From: a virus | DNA length: 64,000 nt | Virus record (IMG/VR): IMGVR_UViG_3300033143_004594 | Span: 1 to 64,000 of that record | Strand: one strand, 5' to 3' | Program-made: the position numbers and the translations under genes | The notes under the pieces: model-generated | What the model saw: only the letters and a program-made list of their open reading frames with translations | Told to the model about the DNA's origin: nothing | Databases searched by the model: none | In this document: positions 52,733 to 64,000 of the stretch, piece by piece | How positions within the stretch are numbered: position 1 is the stretch's first letter | Layout of the letters: the number at the start of each line of letters is the position of its first letter

Positions 52733-53923
52733 CTAATACCCTCTCAGAAAAGATGATCGACGGCGGTTCTTTTTCCGCCGGCCGGTCAACAGTCCACCGG
52801 CTGCTACAGGTTGATTAAAATTCGGTCGTTTCAAATATTTGTCTACTAGCCGCTGCACCGTCATTCCAGCTATAGTCGGCCCATATCGTAATCGAGTAGA
52901 AAAGTCAGTGCTGTGGCCAGGATCGAGCTCCAGCATTTCCTTAACAAAAGTTTTGTCACAACCCCTTGGTTTTACAGGTGTCCGGTTGGCATGAACTAGC
53001 GCCAACAAAACGACCGCTTGTTCTAGGCCGGGATCCATGTAGGCCCCGTCGCCAAATACCGTAGCATAATTGATGCGAATTTGCTTTCCCGCGCATGAGC
53101 AAAAATTACCAGTATCACACTCGATACAGACAATGCCTTCCGTCGCATCTTCCAGGGTTAAGGTATAGGTTGAAGAAGCCTCATCACACCCGCATTCCCC
53201 CACCACTTCGTAAGCTAAATCGGCATCTACTTGTCCAGAACGCCACTTTACGGCCGTAATGAAATTGCCTTGCTCAGCTACGGTGTTTTCGGTTTCATCA
53301 ACATCAGGCTTAACCAACTGATACAGAGGCCAGGTCAGGCGATAGCCATCCTCTCCCCCGCCGCATGTTGCTGTAAGACGGTTGACAATCGGAGCTTGTA
53401 GCGTTTGCAATCCCCGGTATACATCTAAAACCGCATCAGGATAAGAGACCTGGGCATCGGTAATTGTTCCCGGTGTCAATTGGCTATCACAAAGGTCTAT
53501 GTAACCCTCGGCTACATCCACGTCCCAATCAATGGTCAAATTGACCTCGGCCCAATCTGTATATACTTGCTGTCCTAAATAAGATACGGGCGCTTGGCGC
53601 AAGCGGATTCTTGTTTTCAGGTCGTGCAATTCGTCAAGATGGGCCTCGGGGCAAAGGGGAGCGCCAAGGTCACGCTTAATCTCAGCATGAGCCGTGCGGA
53701 GTTTATCGATCCAGCCTTCACGCTGGTATACCTTCCACCATACGTCACAGTAGTCCGGGCTCTTTAATCCATAGGCCCCTGTTTTCATGCCCAACATCAG
53801 GAGTTCGAGCGAACGATCATAAGGGACACAGGCGGCCGGTATAGCATCCGGGATTGCGGCCGAAGGTAAGCCACCGCCTATGGGTGTTCCAGTTCCTACG
53901 CCAGGATCGGTATCTTGTGCCAT
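52733..53923 (-). CDS. Hypothetical Cys-rich structural-module protein with a basic C-terminal tail
   Basis: 396 aa. Has a CGCDE...CIECDTGNFCSC cluster and ends GRRKKNRRRSSFLRGY. Confidence 0.65.
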   Translation of the reverse strand: MAQDTDPGVGTGTPIGGGLPSAAIPDAIPAACVPYDRSLELLMLGMKTGAYGLKSPDYCDVWWKVYQREGWIDKLRTAHAEIKRDLGAPLCPEAHLDELHDLKTRIRLRQAPVSYLGQQVYTDWAEVNLTIDWDVDVAEGYIDLCDSQLTPGTITDAQVSYPDAVLDVYRGLQTLQAPIVNRLTATCGGGEDGYRLTWPLYQLVKPDVDETENTVAEQGNFITAVKWRSGQVDADLAYEVVGECGCDEASSTYTLTLEDATEGIVCIECDTGNFCSCAGKQIRINYATVFGDGAYMDPGLEQAVVLLALVHANRTPVKPRGCDKTFVKEMLELDPGHSTDFSTRLRYGPTIAGMTVQRLVDKYLKRPNFNQPVAAGGLLTGRRKKNRRRSSFLRGY

Positions 53924-54498
53924 TACGTAACCACCTCTGTATCAGGATTGTTAAAATCAATCCCGCCTCGTTTACGCCAAATGTACCATGTTCCGGGGTC
54001 TAGCCGAGCATAGTTCCCGTAAGCGTCTCTGGCTTCGCCAAGAGCATTAGTCCAACCAACCCAATAAATATCAGTCCCGGCCGCATCTCGATAGATTTCT
54101 ACCTTAACGCCCTCAATTGGGTTAGATGTTCCTTCATAGTATACGATATATTCAAACTCGACAGAAGTGCCAAGAGGGATATTCTCCAATCCGACGCTGC
54201 CATTAATCCAATCTTGGTCCAGGGAAGCAACCCCCGTATACCGAGCCGATGCGAAGTAGTTGTAAAGGTCAAGATCAGCATTAGGATATTTCCGAAGATA
54301 GGCCCCGACCTTAGACATCTCGGCCGTAGGATTAACGGCTACCGTATCACTGTTCCAAATAACAGTTTCAGCAAGTGTGTCCCGGTCCTGAGCTACTAAG
54401 AAAAACTCAATGTCGGCCAGGGTAAGGCCGGTAGCCGGTTCGCCAGGACCTAACGCCCCGTTAAAAGTAAATCTTGCTGAGATGGTAAGATCAGTCAT
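53923..54498 (-). CDS. Hypothetical beta-sandwich (CarboxypepD_reg-like?) protein
   Basis: 191 aa. VKVEIYRDAAGTDIYWVGWTNALGEA resembles that domain pattern. Confidence 0.5.
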   Translation of the reverse strand: MTDLTISARFTFNGALGPGEPATGLTLADIEFFLVAQDRDTLAETVIWNSDTVAVNPTAEMSKVGAYLRKYPNADLDLYNYFASARYTGVASLDQDWINGSVGLENIPLGTSVEFEYIVYYEGTSNPIEGVKVEIYRDAAGTDIYWVGWTNALGEARDAYGNYARLDPGTWYIWRKRGGIDFNNPDTEVVT

Positions 54499-54500
54499 GA

Positions 54501-55691
54501 TTACACACCCTCGACATATGACCAGCCCCGTTCGGGCTTTTCATGCAAAGAAGAAACGGAAAGATAATTTTGATAAACGTCATCAAACCATTTTTGGAAT
54601 TCCCATTGGACATTTTTCATTAAGTAACGTTCCGCATGGGCCCGGATCTCGGCCGGGTCAAGGTCGCCAACACTTCGAGCCGCTTTGACCATATCATCTA
54701 ACGTATTACATAAAAACCCGGTCCGGCCGTGGATGACAGTCTCCGGGAACACTCCGAAGTTGGTTGTTATTACTGGAGTGCCACAAAGCTGAGCCTCAAC
54801 ATTAACCCCGCCAAAGGCTTCCAGGTATTGGGTTGGAACAAAGACAGCTTTAGCCTTTCCCATTAACTCAGCCCGGAGTTCCGGCCCTGCGAATCCCACA
54901 TACTTACACCAAAATGGGAGAGATTTTAATGGTAGCTCAGGGTCTGTTTGTCCGGCTAGGAACAACTTTCCCCCGACATGACCGACTGTCTGAATAGCCC
55001 AACGAACACCCTTCCTCGGTATGATGCGGCCGATGAACAGGAAGTAATCTTCTTTGTTGGGCTCAAATGGAAAATGTTTTTCCTCGAAATAATTGGGGAT
55101 GACCCGATCATAAACCGCGCCATTAACACTTTTCCACGGGTCTGCACTTCCATAAGTGAAGTTCTGGAGATAGGAACTTTCAAAGGCTCGGAAGCTACAG
55201 TAAGAGCCCCGGTAGCCTATTCCAGGTTCGAGCGTCAAGTAAAGTCCGACAGCATCAGCTATGGGTTTTTGATACCGTCCCTGTGTCAGAAGCAAAAAGT
55301 CACTTGGTCGCTTTCGTTTATTGATGGCCTCACTAGCTTGTTTATAATACTTCACTGTGAGCGAGGTTCTAGGGGCATTAAAATCATGCCTGAATCCACC
55401 AGTGCGGTAGTCATAGCCAATACTAAATCGGTTATCACCATCTCCCCATTGGAAACGAATGTTGCTCAGGGTATGAGTCTCTATGAACTCAGTACACGGC
55501 GCGTCCGATCCTTCCGCGCCATACAAAAAGACCTCATGACCGAGGTCCAAAAGCATTTTGCTGAGTTTCACTATTTTCTGAGTGAAGGCACATCCCATGT
55601 ATCGCTCGGAGACTGGAAGGTGAACCAACCCGAGCAGGTGGAAACGATATTGGCGTTTGACTTTGGTAGCGACAGGAATGTTGAATGTCAA
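54501..55691 (-). CDS. Glycosyltransferase, GT-B fold (GT4/group-1 family)
   Basis: FLFIGRIIPRKG...EAFGGVNVEAQLCGTPVITTNFGVFPETVIHGRTGFL matches the E-x7-E group-1 signature. Confidence 0.8.
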   Translation of the reverse strand: MTFNIPVATKVKRQYRFHLLGLVHLPVSERYMGCAFTQKIVKLSKMLLDLGHEVFLYGAEGSDAPCTEFIETHTLSNIRFQWGDGDNRFSIGYDYRTGGFRHDFNAPRTSLTVKYYKQASEAINKRKRPSDFLLLTQGRYQKPIADAVGLYLTLEPGIGYRGSYCSFRAFESSYLQNFTYGSADPWKSVNGAVYDRVIPNYFEEKHFPFEPNKEDYFLFIGRIIPRKGVRWAIQTVGHVGGKLFLAGQTDPELPLKSLPFWCKYVGFAGPELRAELMGKAKAVFVPTQYLEAFGGVNVEAQLCGTPVITTNFGVFPETVIHGRTGFLCNTLDDMVKAARSVGDLDPAEIRAHAERYLMKNVQWEFQKWFDDVYQNYLSVSSLHEKPERGWSYVEGV

Positions 55692-56218
55692 AGACCCATG
55701 AACTCCTTTACGGCGCTGATAATGCGCCGTGCATACTCTTTTGCCAGATGACCACCATCCCCCGCGGCCGAGATTTGGCCCTTACGTTTCAGGCTTGCGG
55801 CCGTAAGCTCGGGTCGTCTAAATACACAAATAAGGTACACATCTCCAAGCAAAAAGTCAAGATAGGAACGGACTGTCAGGGCCATACGCGGGTCTTTGAA
55901 CCCCACCAAAGGGTATTCTTCTGTCGGCATCATCAGAAGTTCATACATATCCTGTATCTCGGCTGAGCGTAACGCCCCAGCTGCAAGCATCGCCGCCTCT
56001 GCTGGTGGATCATACCAAACCCCGCCGGCCGCCTGAATGATGTCCCTGTTAAATCGAGCACCACGGCCGTTCTCAGTCCGCCAGCCACCGGTCTTAAAAT
56101 CGACCCCGGCCGATCGTAACGAGTCAGCCACGAAAGAAGTGCCCGACCGATGAGCCCCTAAGACAATGTAGGTCTTAGGCGACTCCAACGTGAAATCGTT
56201 CCCCGACAAATATCCCAT
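55688..56218 (-). CDS. Sulfotransferase-like protein
   Basis: YIVLGAHRSGTSFV resembles the 5'-PSB loop. GFKDPR...ICVFRRPELTAAS resembles the 3'-PB region. ATGA overlap with the GT gene. Confidence 0.5.
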   Translation of the reverse strand: MGYLSGNDFTLESPKTYIVLGAHRSGTSFVADSLRSAGVDFKTGGWRTENGRGARFNRDIIQAAGGVWYDPPAEAAMLAAGALRSAEIQDMYELLMMPTEEYPLVGFKDPRMALTVRSYLDFLLGDVYLICVFRRPELTAASLKRKGQISAAGDGGHLAKEYARRIISAVKEFMGL

Positions 56219-56801
56219 AATAACATCTTCCGCGTAAGGTTCTCTCTTTCAGGGTCTCGACCTTTCCCTCACCACCGAGCCATTTATTTAACAATTCCTC
56301 GGTGAAACTATGGGGGTGGCCCTCATTTATTGATGTGTCCAGCCATTCAAATACCCGGATGATTTTTGCAAGTTTCAAAGCGTTTTTGACGATTCGCTTG
56401 GGGTTAGCTGTATGCTGCAAGCAGTTGTAAATCCACGCCTCATCATAAAGAAAATCATCCTGGATGCGCTCAGCCGGCTTTTGTTCAAAAACAATCCCGG
56501 CCTCTCCATATCGCAACTCGACCCAATGAGGGATCTTTAAGGGATCTACTACCTTAGAAAAGCCCAAATTTACACACTTTAGGAGTATACTGGTCGGACC
56601 ACCACCAATATCAATAACGGTCGTGCTAACACCGGTTATGGGGTCTTTCATGTCGATATTATAGGGTGATCGGCCGTCGTGGAAGAACTTTAAGCCCATA
56701 CGGTCAGCATAGACCATCTGCTTTTCTTCTTCTCCATACGTATTAACGCATGTTCCCCACCAGCCAGATTCCCATTCTTGTGCCTTAGACCACTTTGGCA
56801 T
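56175..56801 (-). CDS. Class I SAM-dependent methyltransferase
   Basis: Motif I is VIDIGGGPTS. VVDP follows motif I. The later motif is YNCLQHTANP. Confidence 0.6.
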   Translation of the reverse strand: MPKWSKAQEWESGWWGTCVNTYGEEEKQMVYADRMGLKFFHDGRSPYNIDMKDPITGVSTTVIDIGGGPTSILLKCVNLGFSKVVDPLKIPHWVELRYGEAGIVFEQKPAERIQDDFLYDEAWIYNCLQHTANPKRIVKNALKLAKIIRVFEWLDTSINEGHPHSFTEELLNKWLGGEGKVETLKERTLRGRCYYGIFVGERFHVGVA

Positions 56802-56808
56802 AGTTCTC

Positions 56809-57330
56809 CTACATATTAAGACCAGACGGCATAGCTTTATTTAACGGTCGATCTTCATTAGTTAGATAAACACCATACCATCCAAAAACATTATTTTGAC
56901 TATAGGTTGCATCGACCCAGCTTGGATAACCGCCTGGATCATTGGTTGTTCTCCACCAGACGATAAAACCTTGATTTGAATTCTGGCTTCCTACAGAATA
57001 CTCATTCCCAGAGGTTTTGAAGCCAGCATAATATGTTTTTCCCCTAACAATGTGAATCGGTGAAGATAAAGATACTTCATGCCATCCAACACCCAGACCA
57101 CTAAAGGCAGGTGTTTCCCCAACTAAATCGGCGGCGGCATAACCATCTTCAAGTATATATGCTTTTCCGGCAGCAGAACTGGATCGGGAATACCAATACA
57201 GAGTTCTAGCAATAAAATCGTACTTTACTGGTGAAATACGGGCAACAAATTGTTCGTTCGGTGGAGGGCCAAGGCCAGTAGACGGAGTGCCGATTTTAAT
57301 TCCTAGTTGAAGAATCTCTGTGACCGCCAT
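56809..57330 (-). CDS. Beta-sandwich protein related to the duplicated domain of 34959..35975
   Basis: GKAYILEDGYAAADLVGE...GWHEVSLSSPIHIVRGKTYYAGF follows the same pattern as the YSDN..P..L......WY...L.......G.TYW repeats. Confidence 0.55.
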   Translation of the reverse strand: MAVTEILQLGIKIGTPSTGLGPPPNEQFVARISPVKYDFIARTLYWYSRSSSAAGKAYILEDGYAAADLVGETPAFSGLGVGWHEVSLSSPIHIVRGKTYYAGFKTSGNEYSVGSQNSNQGFIVWWRTTNDPGGYPSWVDATYSQNNVFGWYGVYLTNEDRPLNKAMPSGLNM

Positions 57331-61827
<4,497 letters not shown>

Positions 61828-61848
61828 GACTTATCCTATGTAACCAAA

Positions 61849-62913
61849 TTAAACGTGTGTAACAAAAACTCTTGGAAGCACCTTTTCTCCCCAATAGACA
61901 TTCGTCCCATCGCTGTAAATGTAGTCAATGGAAACCCTGTTGTTTAGGTTATTGTAAGACCAGCCAGCGATGACTGCCTCATATGTACCGACTTGCAAAT
62001 CGCCTTCGTCGGTCCAGCCACCACCATCGTTGGAAATTAGGTGAATGTCTTCGCCTGTATCGATGTAGAAAATGTAGCGGTTGGAACCGCTAAGTGCTGC
62101 ATCCAATAATCCATGGTATTCGTCGCCTACCGTGTCTATAGTGTAATATCCTGCTCCAACATTATTTTCTTTAATTTCCTCATCTGAGTAAGCCTCAAAA
62201 TTCCGATAAACAGTCCCCCCTGATGTCGCTGTCACCTTGCCCAGATTACCTTGCACACCATAGAGACTTTCAGCCGTCCAAGATGAACCAGTCCAAGATT
62301 TATACGCCATCTCAAACGCGCCTACATCAAAATAATACCATGCTTCGATGTAGTCACTGTTTCTCATTGTAATAAAGGGACAAACATACCTGTCCGTTTT
62401 CGTGCTTCGAGTGCCAATCTGCGTCGGACTTGCCCACGATGCTCCCGTCTTTTCAGTGTAATAAACATTATCTTGAGAAGAGCCGGTCTGTTTGACGTTA
62501 TCAACAACTAGGATGTGTGGCTTGTCGTTGGAATCAATGGAAATAGCACAGCCAGGACTGGTTGGTGCATCTTCGCTGTAGTCGTAGGCTTCTTCATTTA
62601 TGCCCCACGAAGGAGTCCCAAGAGGATCGGTTACTGTAGTATAAACGACATCATATGTAGCTTCCACAGTGCCGGAAAGAACGATATGGATTACGTCGTT
62701 ACTGTCTATTGCAGCATGAAACCAGCCAATATCTCCGGCTCCTACATCAAAGAAAATAGCGGAAGTTCTTGCAATAACTTGAACTGGAGTGGTGTCAAGA
62801 TTCTTATATACGCGAAGGGTCGTAGCATCCGCCATGACAGCCAGTTTTGTTCCGTCAGATGCCTCGAACGTTGCACCTCCTATATCTAAATTTCCTGCTC
62901 GGATTGTAGTCAT
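61849..62913 (-). CDS. Beta-propeller-like structural protein
   Basis: The ATG at 62913 overlaps the upstream stop (TAATG). Has repeated blade-like segments (IDSNDVIHIVL, IDSNDKPHILVV, YYTEKTGASW). Confidence 0.6.
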   Translation of the reverse strand: MTTIRAGNLDIGGATFEASDGTKLAVMADATTLRVYKNLDTTPVQVIARTSAIFFDVGAGDIGWFHAAIDSNDVIHIVLSGTVEATYDVVYTTVTDPLGTPSWGINEEAYDYSEDAPTSPGCAISIDSNDKPHILVVDNVKQTGSSQDNVYYTEKTGASWASPTQIGTRSTKTDRYVCPFITMRNSDYIEAWYYFDVGAFEMAYKSWTGSSWTAESLYGVQGNLGKVTATSGGTVYRNFEAYSDEEIKENNVGAGYYTIDTVGDEYHGLLDAALSGSNRYIFYIDTGEDIHLISNDGGGWTDEGDLQVGTYEAVIAGWSYNNLNNRVSIDYIYSDGTNVYWGEKVLPRVFVTHV

Positions 62914-63428
62914 TATTCCTCCACCCAGTAATGACTGCACTCGGGATGATCGGTTTCCCACTGGTCAAGGCTGGCTTGTGTTTCAAATTGAACTGGCCCT
63001 TCCGGATCACAGAACTTCTTGTACGCGCCATCGTCCTGTGTGCCAATCAGGGCGCATGGTCGGATGTTATTCGGATCGCCGTCGGTAGGCTCCAAGAAAG
63101 GGCACTCCAAGGAATAGCTTGATCCATTATTCTGTGGACTGGTGTCCTTACAGCAGCCTTCGCCCGTAATCCAGACGTATGGTTTTTTTCTGCCGCCTAC
63201 GCGATAAAACCCTACACGATTTTCAGGGGCTACTCCAATCTCATCGCCAAGATTACCAAAACCGAACATACCCAACTGAGGACACAGCTCGTTGACCGCA
63301 TCATCCAGCGACCAATGCCGAAGAGCTTCCGGCCAATTACGGGGAAATGGATTAGCCTGATTAGGGCTGCCATCCGCGCCACAGCATTGCCCACATCGGT
63401 TGCAAGTTCCTTGCCGAATAAAAGCCAT
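62913..63428 (-). CDS. CxxCxxCC (YkgJ/UPF0153-like) Cys-cluster protein
   Basis: N-terminus is GTCNRCGQCCG. Confidence 0.5.
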   Translation of the reverse strand: MAFIRQGTCNRCGQCCGADGSPNQANPFPRNWPEALRHWSLDDAVNELCPQLGMFGFGNLGDEIGVAPENRVGFYRVGGRKKPYVWITGEGCCKDTSPQNNGSSYSLECPFLEPTDGDPNNIRPCALIGTQDDGAYKKFCDPEGPVQFETQASLDQWETDHPECSHYWVEE

Positions 63429-63441
63429 GATTATTCCTAAG

Positions 63442-63479
63442 AAAAAGGCCGGACAGTCAGGTTGTACGACTGTCCAGCC
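63442..63479 (-). terminator. Intrinsic terminator
   Basis: On the minus strand, GGCTGGACAGTC-gtacaacct-GACTGTCCGGCC followed by TTTTTCTT. Confidence 0.7.
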
Positions 63480-63506
63480 TCATCACTCGATTTTAAGCGA
63501 TGCCTG

Positions 63507-63860
63507 TTATTCAAGCAGAAAAACAGTCGCGCCAGAAACAGACAGCCAGAGAACAAGATTCGTAGGATCGGGTTCAACGAAGCCCACCAGCCAGGATAGG
63601 ATGATGAGTGACGCTGCAGCCCACGGCGAGAAACATTTGTGACAGTTCAACAACTTAGAGAAGAAGCTGTCACCATCTTCATATCCAATTAGCGTTTGGC
63701 TACCGGTTTCAATATTAGTCTCGAACTCCGGTGTTAGGCCGACCCATAGCCTTAATTTATGAAATGTGTCAAACGGGCCCATAACCGGTTCGGTCATGTA
63801 AAACACCAAAAGATAATTGGCCGCTGTTAAGATAAGAACCTGGGCCAGGACATCAAACAT
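63507..63860 (-). CDS. Membrane protein (DUF1360-like?)
   Basis: ATG at 63860. Has TM helices and LLNCHKCFSPWAAA (the C..C.S.W pattern). Confidence 0.5.
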   Translation of the reverse strand: MFDVLAQVLILTAANYLLVFYMTEPVMGPFDTFHKLRLWVGLTPEFETNIETGSQTLIGYEDGDSFFSKLLNCHKCFSPWAAASLIILSWLVGFVEPDPTNLVLWLSVSGATVFLLE

Positions 63861-64000
63861 CAATAAATGCCTGCGGCCACTTATCCGTCATCTCTTGCCG
63901 ATGAGCCTTTTCAATCTTCGCATTTCGGCCAACGATGATCAAGGCCCCTTGTTCCTTAGCAGGCGCTTTCCTGGAGCTTGCCACGATAATAACATCCTTA
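63853..64000 (-). CDS. 3' end of an ORF that continues beyond the window
   Basis: Own translation is ...KDVIIVASSRKAPAKEQGALIIVGRNAKIEKAHRQEMTDKWPQAFIDV*. Its stop overlaps the downstream ATG. Confidence 0.4.
   Translation of the reverse strand, partial: KDVIIVASSRKAPAKEQGALIIVGRNAKIEKAHRQEMTDKWPQAFIDV

Overview
The window looks like one arm (possibly starting at a physical or contig end) of a large tailed dsDNA phage or prophage, at roughly 50% GC. All calls come from reading the sequence and ORF track by eye; no database searches were run, and every count is a hand count. Four zones are visible. (1) 1-5.6 kb is a motif-saturated left end. It has about 50 copies of the palindromic core CGGWCCG embedded in longer words. 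It also has four near-identical 58-bp hairpin+RBS cassettes in front of a paralogous family of small EADRL-repeat genes, A-free CTG-rich tracts, long hairpins, iterons and several T-run hairpins. (2) 5.6-20.5 kb is a plus-strand block of about 25 mostly unknown early genes. Most start with an unusually conserved initiation cassette, AAGGAGTAAAGCGAAATG. The block includes a 1001-aa multidomain protein ending in an N6-adenine DNA methyltransferase domain, a tyrosine recombinase and a GNAT-domain protein. GATC is 5-7x over-represented here and decays to background further right. (3) 20.6-30.6 kb is a replication and DNA-modification module. It holds a P-loop ATPase, a putative leaderless RHH-like regulator, a MazG-like protein, an HTH replication protein, a DnaB helicase, two beta-class DNA methyltransferases and a Vsr/DUF559-like endonuclease. 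(4) 30.6-64 kb is a minus-strand late operon. It holds a lysis cassette with a 742-aa GH-like+M23 lysin, tail tip and fibre proteins, a 1971-aa tape measure, possible chaperones with a candidate +1 shifty stop, and a tail-tube-like protein fused to an Asp-box propeller. A translationally coupled glycosyltransferase/sulfotransferase-like/SAM-methyltransferase trio sits next to a 1498-aa collagen-like (G-D-T)n protein. The two strongest novelty candidates are the left-end CGGWCCG/GATC architecture combined with three phage methyltransferases, and the putative fibre glycosylation/sulfation module.
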